Shown here piece by piece: positions 23,561 through 36,200 of a stretch of DNA of 64,000 nucleotides. Numbering within the stretch: the first letter of the stretch is position 1; the number at the start of each line of letters is the position of its first letter. A model generated the notes under the pieces. That model ran no database searches. It was not told the origin of the DNA and worked only from the letters and a program-made list of their open reading frames with translations. The position numbers were made by a program, and so were the translations under genes. Source of the stretch: Podarcis gaigeae (Eukaryota); the NCBI GenBank assembly GCA_964106915.2, contig OZ066918.1; one strand, given 5' to 3'.

Positions 23561-24279
23561 AATATTATAATATGCTGTTCATTTAACTAATAATCACCAA
23601 TGCTTTGTTTTTCTCCACCAGTCTGGTTTTTTTGAGATATATTATTAGATTTCTAAAACTTTGCAAATCTAATCCTAGTTACAGACAATAAATGCAGAAT
23701 TAGATTTTGAATATTTTGAAGCTTACTATATTTAACAAAATTCAATAAAGCATAATCAACTGAAATTCTGCCAATCCTGTGCATCTATTTGAAAATATAC
23801 ACACCTTAAATGCCTTGTCAGATTAGCACTGAAACTACAAAAACAGTTTCATCTGTACTGAATACTTAACAAATTGGTGAATGAATTGTTAATCTCTATT
23901 GTCATCTCCAGTCATTTAGTGTTGAAATAACATTAAACCTTGATGTGTTTCTTCCTTGTTTTCTGCTGTAGATGTTTTGTACTTCTTTCCAATGGCTTTG
24001 TGCACCACCTAATGTTACCACCCCATAACATATTAAACTTTAAAACCCATGCCCTGGACAATGAAGAAATAATATACAAGATTCTAGCTAAAAGAACATG
24101 TGTAAAAGAACATGCATTTTTCAAACTGTAAGATTTCATCACGACAACCCAGAAATTAATTATCTTGTTCAGATTCAAGATCCACCATTAAAAAACAACA
24201 ACAACACGTGTACATTAAAAGAGAGGGAGAACACAATTCACTCTAAATCACAGCAACAGAAGCATATCACTCCCAGTTA

Positions 24280-25345
24280 AACTCCTGCTGTGGTCTAAAA
24301 GTCTTCTGAAAACAGTTGGTCTTTAGCTGTCACCTGAAGAGTGGGACAGTAAGATCTGAACCGAGAGAGAGCTACATAGATGTGGTGCTGCCTTGCTTTT
24401 TGTAGTGCGGACCCTCCCCCGCCCCAGATCATATTCAATGAGAGTACCACAAGCAGAACTTCCCTCACAGATCTCAAAACTCGGGTTGGCTGGTAATGGA
24501 AAAGATGCTGCTTCAAGTATAGATAAAGGTAAAGGGACCCCTGACCATTAGGTCCAGTCATGACCAACTCTGGGGTTGCGGTGTTCATCTCGCTTTATTG
24601 GCCGAGGGAGCTGGTGTACAGCTTCCGGGTCATGTGGCCAGCATGACTAAGCCACTTCTGGCGAACCAGAGCAGTGCACGGAAATGCCGTTTACCTTCCC
24701 GCCGGAGCGGTACCTATTTATCTACTTGCACTTGTGCTTTCGAACTGCTAGGTTGGCAGGAGCAGGGGCCGAGCAACGGGAGCTCACCCCGTTGCGGGGA
24801 TTCAAACCACCGACCTTCTGATCAGCAAGTCCTAGGCTCTGTGGTTTAACCCACAGTGCCACCCACGTCCCACTTCAAGTATACTTGGGTCCTAAACCAT
24901 TCAGGATTCTGTATGCTAGTGTAACACATCATGAAGTGCAGTCTTCAAGAGTAGTTCCACACAGAACACAATCCAGCCAGGACATTATTTGAGCATGGAC
25001 TACTGTAGCCAGGTTATCAAGGTAGAGGAATGGACAAAGCTGGGCACTGCTTGCCACTGAGGCTGCATGGGCCTTCAATGACAGAGTGAAATCTAGAAAT
25101 ACCCCACAACTGTGCACCTATCCCTTAGGGGAAGTGCTACCCTGTGTAGAACAGGCTGCCTACCTACTTCTCGGACCTAAGAACTACCTATTGCCAGAAC
25201 CTCCATCTTGCCAGGATTCAGCTTGAGTTTATTCGCTTTCATCCTGCTGAACACTGCTCCCAGGCACTGGTCCTATACTTGCACAGCCTGTCCTAATGCA
25301 GATGGTTTAATGTGAAAGTGCTTGGTGGCATAAGGCAGGCCCTTA
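24280..25345 (-). mobile_element. Degenerate L2-like LINE fragment interrupted by a Sauria SINE
   Basis: Minus-strand translation GVFLDFTLSL.AH...LCPFL...LATVVHA..MSWLDC resembles the L2 RT C-terminal region. Confidence 0.7.
24522..24872 (-). mobile_element. Sauria SINE (Squam1), full length
   Basis: Complete head to tail. 11-bp TSD CTTCAAGTATA (24511-24521, 24873-24883). Confidence 0.93.
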
Positions 25346-25500
25346 TCTCAACCAGTAGGATGTGTGAATCCATTTCTTGCTGAAATTTGCTAAACTTCTC
25401 AAAACTCGGCCCCTCCAAATTTCCTGTGAAATTTTGCTGCAGATAAAAGTTACCGCACGGCAAACTTGGTGACAGCTAAAGGAGGTATGGAACTTCCTGT

Positions 25501-25502
25501 AA

Positions 25503-25545
<43 letters not shown>

Positions 25546-25582
25546 GAAGGAAGGAAGGAAGGAAGGAAGGAAGGAAGGAAGG
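25501..25582 (+). repeat. Compound (AAAG)n(AAGG)n microsatellite
   Basis: Direct inspection. Confidence 0.95.
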
Positions 25583-25977
25583 TGCTTTTCTTACCAAAAT
25601 TTAATTTTGCTCAAATTTTCTCAGATGTGGAATGTGCTCTACCATTGCCAACCCCTTTAAGGTATGAAGTTTCCGCACCCGGCTTATAAATGTTATAAAT
25701 ATTTTGTGCAAGCAAAATCCTCTGAGATTGGCTCAAAGGTGAAAGAGAACCCTAACATTTGAACCTGGACCCAGCAACTCCAACACTTAGGTCATTTTAA
25801 AATGTATATCTGTTAACGGTATTACTTCACAATGATCCATCTATGTGTACATACACATGCACACCCCAAGTACTCTAGAGCCAATGGCTTAGAAGTAGCT
25901 GAATGTTTCACATGCCACTGCAGCCATTTTGTAGAGCTGGCAATAAAGGGGAGCCTGTCACTGAGAAATCCAAATCT

Positions 25978-25982
25978 GGATG

Positions 25983-26013
<31 letters not shown>

Positions 26014-26027
26014 GGATGGATGGATGA
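25978..26027 (+). repeat. (GATA)n/(GATG)n microsatellite
   Basis: Direct inspection. Confidence 0.93.
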
Positions 26028-27287
26028 TGCCAATGTTATGTCTCTATTACTGACATCTAACCTTCCCCTGACCTGCTGCAGAACAAAACTTCTTGAATTG
26101 TCTGGACTCTGTGCCTAGCCAATTTTCTAAGGGCATTGTAGACTAGAAGAGAGGTTCACAGGCAGAGATAAATGAGTCTTTAAAGACCTTCCTGGGATAT
26201 CTGTTTTTCCTCTCGCCAGAGCTCATTGCTTTCCTTCAACCACGATGGCAGATAATGACCTTTCCCACATCTACAAAGAATGGGTCAGTTTAATAACACC
26301 AGTCTCAGGAATTCTGAAGGGGGTTCAAAGTTATGTCTAAAAATGCAGATCCATCCACCTCCTGAGCCAAAATAAAACATTCTTCTTTTACATTGAATGC
26401 AAAATTTAGAAGCATTCTTTCTGATTAAGCAGTGGTCCCTTAACTAGCAATTTTATAAGCTGAAAGCAGTTGCAATATGTCATGCAATTTATAGATCCCT
26501 GTGCCTGCCATAAAGTGTTTTATGATGGCTGCATTCTGTGTTATTAGTAGCTGTCTCTTTCTGCAGCCATTGCCGTTTGATAATAGTCTTAAAACACCCA
26601 AAATTACTTACCTGCAAGCAACATTCTAGATAGTGTCTGTTGACAGTTTGAATAAGTTTAGTGCCCTTTTGTTGTACTTTACCTTCAAAACAAACTGATT
26701 GAACCATCAATAGCTCCTTGGAAGCTGACAGAGGCCTATCATCTGGTTTAACCCTCTGATAGCAGGTTATCTTTGGGAGTTAACCTCCTTGCATTGTTAA
26801 CTTGAATGTTTTATGTACTATGCAACTTTAGGATACTGCTGTGATAACCTTAGTAACTAAGTCATACATCACAGTAAAGAGTTCTGGAGCGACAAATAAC
26901 CCTGGATTAAATTTACAAGGCTTGAATTTATATTATAAGGGCACGTGTTCATTCTGGGGCTTTAGGTACCTTTTCCCTATATTTTCTAGTAAAGTGGGGT
27001 TGTGTTTAGACTGATACTCCATTTTCAAATATTGCTTATTTAAATTCTTTTTTAGTGCTGAAATATAATGTCATTCTTACATAGGTATAGTTATCCCCGG
27101 ATATTGTCTATGGCTAAATTGGCCATGAGCCATTGTCTATGGCTAAATGCACTATAGAGGAGGGCTGCTGCTACTCCATTTGTATCCTATTTATGTATTC
27201 TGTTACTTGATTCTACATGGAAGACACATATATTGGGCTCATTCAGATGTCAAATTCCAACTTCATTAAATCATGGTTTACGAACAT

Positions 27288-27483
27288 ACGGAGCTACCTT
27301 ACACTAAAGCACACCAATGATCCATCTAGCTCAGTATTGTCCCTGCATTGACTGACAGTGGCTCTCCAGGGTTTCAATGAGGGGACATTCTGAGCCCTAC
27401 CTGGAGGAACTGAATTGAACCTCAGGGAATTGAAACTGAGACCTCATAGATGAAAAGCAGGTGCTGTATCACTGAAACAACTC
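27288..27483 (-). mobile_element. Squam3-like SINE, degenerate
   Basis: ccatctagctcagtattgtc..ctgacagtggctctccagggtttca is the reverse complement of the family body. Confidence 0.7.
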
Positions 27484-28183
27484 TTCTTCAGAGGCTGGAA
27501 CAAGGCCTGGTTGCTCTTCCTCTCCCCTCTCCTTCTTTTAGTGCTGTGCTTGCTCCCCAGTTTTTCAAATGTTTTATTCCCCTGCGAAAGAGGCTTCAAT
27601 TTTTCTGCCCTCTTTGCAGGGCACTTTAAAATTTCATTGTAAATTTTGTGGGTATGGGTGTTGAGCTTACCTTATCGTAGTGAGGTGGCTGTGGGTGGTC
27701 CCTCCATTTTTATTTCTAGTGCTCATCGGCGGTGGTGGGGAGTCTCTGGCAATCTGGAGGCCCTAATTTGGCATTTAAGATATTTTCTCTAAAGCTACAC
27801 CCAGCTCCCCACATCTGACATCCTATGTGAGGTGTGGAGCCGTTAAATACATGGCTACAGGAAGCATCAGGCGCCTCAACACTCACTCCTGATGGTTGAA
27901 TGGCAAGCAGGGTGTGCTGTCACTACTGATTAACTCGAAAGTACAAAAAAAGTGAAAACACCAGCACCAATAAAACTAAAACAAGCGTAAGAGACATATA
28001 TAGCAAGCCAGCCACTACCTCCAAACCCTTACAAACAAACAAGCAATCTGCCATCTTACAGTTGTAATAAAGTTACTGACTCACACTTGTGTGCATGAAA
28101 GGGTTTAGATCAGCCCTGAGCTCAAGTAAGCAGATTAGGAATGACTTCTGGAGGGCACCGTGTTGGCTATCCTTGGTCTACAA

Positions 28184-28320
28184 CAGCCTTTCTCAACCTT
28201 GGGTTCCCAGATATTATTGAACTACCAGCTTCCATCATCCCTAACCTCTGGCCATGATGGCTAGGAATGATGGGAGTTGTAGTCCGTCAGCATCTGGGGA
28301 CGCAAGGTTGAGAAATGCTG
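28184..28320. mobile_element. Palindromic MITE
   Basis: TIR CAGCCTTTCTCAACCTTG / CAAGGTTGAGAAATGCTG with a fold-back interior. Confidence 0.8.
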
Positions 28321-30352
28321 TTCTATAGCATATATGGTTCATCACAGAGTGCTTAATGGGGTGTGTGTGTGTCCGTCCATCTGTCCCTATTTCTCTCTGA
28401 TGAAAGGAATCTGAGTGGCAAGGATTTAATCTGACTGTTCTTCAAAATGGCATCATTATTGTGATGTTTCAGCACTGATGACAGGGTAGCTTTTAATGCC
28501 TGCTGCAGATTGCCTTTTATAGTTCATCATCCTCTGCTATACAACATCTGCACTGCGAAGATGATGGGGGAAGGAAGATTTCTGTCATATGATCCATATG
28601 GCTCTCATCTCGCCCCCCCCTTCCCCAAGAGGGGGGAGCTGCATGTTCCCTTTCTTTGAGGAACTAATTCTAGAAACGTTAAACAGAAAGGGGTGTGCGG
28701 AAACCCCTTTCTGCCGAGACCATTTGGCTACAAATTTAGGCTTTCTTAGATGGAGGCTATACAAGACTGACGTTTAGGGCTTCAGTCCAAAGTTGGCAGG
28801 GAGATGAGACAGCACTGCTCGAGTCTGTTGTCATTTTTGTGGCCGCCTGCTTCTTGATGGCATCTTTCACTTGATCATGAAACATTTGCTGATTTTCTAA
28901 TAGTGATGTTTTCTGCACCTGAATATTAATCTTTTTTCACCCTGCACTTAGATGGGTGTTTTTACTCCTCTTGAGCTTTGCTCTTGACATATTGTTTCCT
29001 TCTGTTCATGTCTTTCTTTGAAAGAGCCCCTTGTCCTCTGAGCTTTTCTGCCAGTAATACAAGATGGAAGTATTCTCTTCCAGTGAAAGATAAGGGCCGT
29101 CGGAGGCTCACAGGGGGTTGAAAGGGCAGCCAGGGAAGTTGGAGATGTGTTTGAGAATATTTCATTATCCCCAGACATCCAGCTACTCTTAACAAATTGT
29201 CTAGCTTTGGACATGTTATGCTTCCTAAAGAGGGATCTCATTTTTAGTACCATTACTCTTTCATAGAAGTGACTTGGTTGCAGGTTGTTGATGGATTTTA
29301 ACACATAGCACTAAGCATATTCCATTTCGTTAAGATTTTACAAGCCTCAGACAAAGCAAGGTGTGGCCTTTGTCTCTCTTTTTTGTTTTGTCTTGTTGTT
29401 GAAAGAATAATTCATAAAAGCATGGCTAACCATCGCTTCTGCAACTGGTGGCAAACTAGTCTCAACTAGTCTGCCCCTTTAAAAAAAAAAAAGAAGAAGG
29501 AAAGGGATTTTATTACCTTTCCAGACAACTTATTCCATTGAGTTCAGTCATATAAATGGCAGTCCTTTATATTTCGAACCTGAACATTTTCCGTATAATT
29601 TGGACATGTGAGGTTGCCCCTTCGACAAGCCACAGGGCCTCAGTCTGATTACTAAAATGATGGTCTATATAAACTTGGCATTTGTGGGAAATATTATTAA
29701 TCACCTTTCTGTTTCCTGCCAGGAAAGGATCTGGCGCTTCCTCTCTCCGTCTCCACTAAGTCTGTTTCATATCTGGGTGACTGGCTGTAAATAGCAAGTA
29801 CTTGAGATGAGTTGATATTATCACCTTCCTGGGATTTTTTTTTTTTTTCAAACTTTGATTCATGCCATGCTGTGCCATGCTCTGTCAGCTTTTTGTGAAT
29901 AAAGCTGTGTGGGTGGGTGGCTGGCTAGCCAAGCTCCAGCTTTTTTGCCAAAATGTTAGAGGAAGCTGGAGGGGAAAAAAAGCAATTTTGAATCTACTGT
30001 GTTCCCTATGACGAGGCAGTTATTTTCTCTCATCTTATGAACCTTAACTTTGATTCGGTTGTGCCTCACATAAAAACCTAGGATGTTTGAACCTCCGCTG
30101 AAAACTGTTGCCACTCTTTTCGCCTTTCCTGAGATATTCTTCAAATGTTTTGCCCAAACTTTGGCTTCTGTCATCCTGCAAACTGCTTTACATCATGAGC
30201 ACCCTTCTCTGGTGCAGGGAATTTTGCTGTGCTATAACTCCTTTGTTTTCCTGAGACTGAGCCTCTAGATTCTTTGCTCAAAAATGAATGGGAACCCTAC
30301 CCTGCCAGGAGAATATTTCCGTTAGTCATGGTTCAAAATGTGAGAAGCTGTC

Positions 30353-31296
30353 TGTGACGGACAGCAGAGCCAGACTGGAAATTCTACCAGAGTGCTGGAG
30401 CCTCTCTCTGATTGGCTACCTAGACAGCCAGCCAGAGCGGGGGGCGGAGTCAGAACTTTGGGAGGGAAAATAAAAAGAGCAGTTTCTGAGGGAGAGAGTT
30501 AGATAGGGTTTGATTTGAGGGTTTGAGGTTTCAGTTTGAGAGATGAAATGAGAGATGGGGATTATGGTAGGATTTGACTGAGGGGTGAACTGGTTCTGAT
30601 TTCAGTTGAACTACTGATGGTCTCCTTCTAGGCAGGAGGGGAGAGTTCTGGGTAAAGATGACTCCCAAACAGTAAAAAGGGTTGAGGTGATCCTCTGGGT
30701 CTGTTATGCTATTTGGAAATACCTCAGGAGTGGGATTGCTAAGAGAGAGGGTAACTGACGAAAAGTGCCCCTCGCTCTTGAACCAAAGTATTAAGCTGTG
30801 AAGGAAGCTGTGCTGTGTCAAAAGTATTTAACTGTAACACCTGTCACAACTAAGTAAAGGACTGAGAGTGAAGTAACAGAAAACCAACTTAAGCATTTTA
30901 ACACCTATTCTATAAACCTGAACATCTCCCTGAAGTGTACCAACTGATTTTTAGCAACTGAAGTTTTAAGAAAAGCTGTGCATATATTACTGTGTTTAAG
31001 CCCGTGGCATCTTTATATTTAGTTTAAGTAATAAGTCAGCTTCTACCTGAAAGAATGCATTTCCTGACCCAACTTTGTTTCACAAGCTGCTTCTTTTTGT
31101 AAATAAAGCTTTTTGTTGTTTGATCAACTCCTGCCTGAGACTTTAAATCACTAACTTTTCTCTCACACAAGATAGCTTGTGGTAAATTGTAGAAATTTGT
31201 TTAATGGGCATGCCGTGAGGTGGGTCCACTATATTTAATTGGGAAGAATGGCTAGCGGGGTGAAACACCGCTAGGGTTGCTTTTTATCTTGTACCA
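30353..31296 (+). mobile_element. Probable solo LTR (3' boundary uncertain)
   Basis: Begins TGTGAC. Ordered reverse CCAAT (ATTGG), GC box (GGGGCGGAGT), TATA-like ATAAAAA, and AATAAA near 31102. No TSD found. Confidence 0.55.
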
Positions 31297-33090
31297 AATC
31301 TCAATGAAAAAATGATCTAGGAGCTAGCTAAGAAGAAGATGACGAAGAAGAAGAAGGAGAAGAAGTGATATTGTACCCATTTAAATTAATATCATATCCT
31401 CCTTTGGAGTAATATGCATGCAAAAATTTGTCATGCATGAATAAAAATGCATAGGATATTCTAGTATGTTAAGTCAGACAAACAGAGCAACAGAAAGCAA
31501 ACATTTTTTTAAAAATAGAATTGTACGTTTTAAAGGAACAAGCACCATCCAGCCACCTACAGATCAGCACATGTTCACACACACATGCAGGTGTATACAC
31601 ACATCACCCAGGCTTATGCACTGTAGAAAAAGCAGATTCACCATGGACCCAATGATGCATTTTAGCTCCCAGTCACACTTGTCAATAGGTAGGATCTGTT
31701 TCACCCTTCTTTTTTTGAGGAGCTTCACATGATGACATGATTGGTTACAGCAATGGTAGAAAAAGATTTGGGTCATAGTTGAACAAATATGGGTGGGCAT
31801 CCATGTTAGGGTTTATTCTGTGGCTGTGATGGTATTTTTTTAAAAAAAATCACTGTACCACCTTTGCATCAGTGCAGTGTTGACCAGCAGGTACATTCTG
31901 AGAACTGAGCTGAATATTTCAGGCTTTCCCCCAAATTAGTGAGGAGGAAGCCTTGACAGCACATTGTGACCAGTTGCAAAGCTCTTTGCCAGTTAAGTAA
32001 CTTGCATTTGTTCCACAGTGGGAGCAGGATTTTGTCTGTTTTCACTTTTTCATTTTCCTAAACTAAAGAACTTGCTTATCTTGCTTGTTCAAAAGTGGCT
32101 GTATTTTGAAATAATTCCCCTTGAGTATGGTTGACCAAAACTGGGTACAGCATTTTCATTGTGGCCCCACTGCTGCCTTATATAAGCCTATCAGTATTAA
32201 CCAATACCAGCTAAGTGTTCTTCAGGTAACACAGCATGTTGGTAGCTCATAACTATTGACACTGCTCCAACATTACTCTGAACATGCATAGAGAGGGAAT
32301 GCCCATTGTCCCTGCCCCCTATATGCATTTAACATGTCTGAAAGAGCCTTGGTACATGAAAAATGAAAATAGGTTCCATACATGCAAGATTCAGAGTCCC
32401 GAAATAAGGTACAGGCTGCAGACTCAAACCTTTTCTATTGTTTTGCTAGAGTTTGAATACTGGTATGAATCACAAAAGGCAGAGTTAAGGGCATAACTGT
32501 AGAAAATAGCTGATATGTTGGAGAAATAGTTCTTGCAGCTGTAAGGTTATTTTATGTCCTTTGAATTGAGACTATTGTGTCATAGGAGGAGAAGCTCAGT
32601 TCAATACACATTCAAAACTGAATCTATCAAAGTCACAATTTCTGAACCAATATACAAACTGAAACACAGCGATCCTCCAAAATTTGCACTTGTCTGAATT
32701 TTGTGATGCTGTTCTCCAGCCAAAAACACTGTTTACAAAAATGCATCTGGTAGAGGAAAGGGTGCATAAACATGCAGATATTAGTGAAAATAACATTTGA
32801 ATTAATTATATTAGGGGAAATTGCTTGCAAAAATGGGTACGTTATTCAAAACATTACAGAAAATTGTGTTTATTAGGAGAAATTCATACTAAAATGCTGA
32901 TGAATTTCCATTAGGATTTGGTTATTATTGGTATTGTTATTTTGCAAATTGCTGCAAAATATGAAGAGCTGAATTTAAGAATGGGAAAATGAGAAACAGT
33001 GAGAAATGAAATGGGCATATCCTTCCATTCCTAGTCATAGGTCAATGGAAATTCTTAACCTAAAGGGTTGTTTGTTTGTTTTTAAAACAG

Positions 33091-33217
33091 GTATTTTGTT
33101 CTGCACAAATTAACCAACTTGAAGTTTCTGGATTCTCGGAAAGTCGGCAGAAGTGAACGTGAGGAAGCCATTTTGAGGGGTGCTTTTATGAAAGTGGTGA
33201 AGCCTGTGGATGCAAAG
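33091..33217 (+). CDS. LRMDA: LRMDA internal coding exon (127 nt; probably exon 5), LRR-cap region
   Basis: Acceptor ttgtttttaaaacag|G and donor AAG|GTAAGT. Phase-compatible with the previous exon. Encodes (R)[42 protein letters not shown], compare human [39 protein letters not shown]. Absent from the ORF track. Confidence 0.93.
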
Positions 33218-36200
33218 GTAAGTGACTGAATGAAGGCTGTAGGAATGTTTATGGATCTTAATATTTTGGATCTAGAATCTTACTGCTGAAGCCATTTTTT
33301 TAGTAATAGTCAGCTCTACCCTTTTTGCGGAACATACTCCTGGATGTCAGGTAACTGATATTAGGTGGCAGTCAAAACATGAACATTTCTTAACTTTGCT
33401 TTTTAAGCCTTGTCATTGCACTTGTGAGAGAGTGTCCTGCTTAGTAACTTAAAGAATTGAAGCATGTCAGCAAGCATTTGGTATGTTACATGGAGAGACA
33501 ATTTTTGTGACATATGTACTGTGGCATTTGTTCTGTACAGCAATGAAGGCCTCCATTTTATTCTCTTTTGTTTGTGTTTATCTTATTGTGCTTGGTGACC
33601 TTTAATTTATTAACCTTTAATCTATGAAGTAATTTGACAGAGTGGTCTTATTCACTGGGAAAGTCTCCTGTATAAACAAATGTGATACTTAAGGATGGAT
33701 GCAGAGAGGTGTGGGTTGAATTTTGCTCATACAGTGGAGCTTTCCCTCCTCATCCTTCCATATCCCTCATTTCCATTATTGGGAGCTGAGAATGCAACAG
33801 GAGATAGCAATGTGGGAGGAGGCACCATGGACCAGTGGAATTGCCTTTCTCATCAAATAGGGCACTTTTGGATCCATCTCTCTGTGTTATAGGCTGTGTA
33901 CACATCACCAGCTTAAGGTGCAATGTGGCTCTTATTTTTCCAAATTTGGATTGGTTCTGGGAAAACCACATCAAAATGAAGTATTTCATAAGAAACAACA
34001 GGATAGTTATGGATTGCAGCTAAGTTCATCTGTACCCTGCTTCCCAAACCAGTGGTGGGAATCCTGGATTTCTGCTTGTGCAGAAGATAACCTTGGGGAG
34101 AAGACCCCAAGTTGAATTATATTGTGAGGAGCTGATGGTGGAGAAAGAATCACTCAATTGGGGATTTTAGAGTCAAGCTTTCTGCATCAGTGGCTTTCAA
34201 ACTGGGCAAAGTGAGTGTTGTTTACTCTGAAAAAACAACACCACACATTTTCCATGTACATCAGTGCATTACCACACAATCTGCATAGATCGGTATTTTT
34301 GCTCTGGAATTATTAGCTATCTAAAACTCACTCATGGGTTTCATCCAGCAACTTCTTACATACTAGTTTATTTTATAATATATGTGGCAAAAAAAATATT
34401 GCAGATATCCAATTATCCTAAAGAGCAATATAGCTGCTACAGAAGTAAACTACATTTGGGGGCATAGAAGTGTAGCTAGATACATTTGTTATCGGCTGTA
34501 TGTTTGCACTAGAAAACAAATTAATTCAGAGCTGTTCGTTTTATAACTATTAAAGTTTTAACAGTTCTTATTTGGAGATTGGTTTGACACATTGTTTACT
34601 AGAGCCTTTAGCTATTTCAACTCTTACAATGCAATCTGTAATATATGAAAGAATTTACTTTGAAGCTCTTATGAAAGGCTTCCTCCTTTGCTAAATCCTG
34701 TAAAATGCAACAGTTGAACACATAAAAAACCTTATGTTTATTCTGTCATCTGTTTGTAATCGTTCTCATACTATATTACTCTCTATAAATATCTCTGTAT
34801 TTTACTTTAATGCTGCTGATAGTTATATTATTTGAAATAGACATGTGTCTTGGCCCAATAAAAAAAAATTCAGAAATGTGCTATAATTCTGGCTATAATT
34901 CTGCATTGTTCAGTTATCTATCCATTATCTTAACCAAGGTGTTTCAATTCACGAAGATAGTATCACGTCTTGATGCTTTGTTCTAGTAATTCAGTTCCAT
35001 GTCCCAAGCTGTATAATTTTTGAATTAGTTATCCGCTAAATCTTATTCTAAAACATATACTTATTTCCCCAATCCCTTTAGTGCAAGGTACAAATTTAAC
35101 ATTGAGATAGGCCTTTCTAAAATTGCTTGCTACAGAATTACTAGGTCTTACCTAGCATAATATATTCCCTTCTGTAAACATTTAGGATGTCATGAGCAAA
35201 TGCTTCTTGGTGTGCAGTAGAATTATTATTATTATACTTTATTATATGTTACCCATATATTGGTTTATCCTAAGGAACAGTAGAGGGGATTGGAATCCAT
35301 GCAAATGAATTTGGTGTACAACATCTGTATGTACAAACGCTCAGGCATACATTTTAAACTCTTTACACCGTGAAGTTTTAATTGTGCAAACACTCACTGA
35401 AAAGGTGGCTTTGGGGAAGCATGAGCAATATTAAGACTTATAATCTGCTATAGGTCATGTGCCCTACAAGTATTTGATGCTATACCAAAGTTTCCATATC
35501 AAAGTCTGCTTTAACCAAGGTATCTTCTGTCCCTGGTGTATGAGCCCCATGTGATCCAAATATCACCATCTGGGCAGCTCAACACAGCATCACTTGACTC
35601 TGTCTGCTTCTCTACCAGCCCATGCTTGTAATCTGCTCAGCACCATAGCTAAAGACAGTCCTTTTTTTCTAGAAAACAGGTCCCGGAACTGTGTTCCGGC
35701 ACATTCCACCAGAAAAAAGCTCGGATAAGAGAGGAAGAGAGGGGTCAGTGGATGGGATTCTGGCGCACAGTTCACGCTCTCAACCTCCATAGCACCCGCC
35801 CTCCCTCAGCCTCTGTTCTTGGCCACTGCCCATTCCTGAGCTTACAAGAGCTTCTGTCACTGGCTGAGTGCCTTGAACAGAAAGCGCTGGTGGGACTTTG
35901 GCACAAGCATAAAGTGCCACCATCCCACTGTCCTCATTGACAGGCACAGCCCTAACCCAGCCCAACATAATGCTCCCGCCTGCCTACAGAACCATTGGTC
36001 AATGGCGACACCACTCACTACCTCAGAGGTGGGGCCTTTGGTCAGGTAACCAACTCAGGTAACCCTTGATGATAGAGATTGCCAGAAGAAATAATGGAGT
36101 AACATGAAGTGGGGGGTTTTTTTTCTAGAAAAAGATGCTTTATAAATGAACAACTGCTGCCACACAATGCATGGAATCTCCTGTTCATAATACCATTGTG

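Noticed and set aside
25343-25660. Low-complexity ORFs (PSFL/KERK repeats)
   Set aside because: Translation of the AAAG/AAGG microsatellite.
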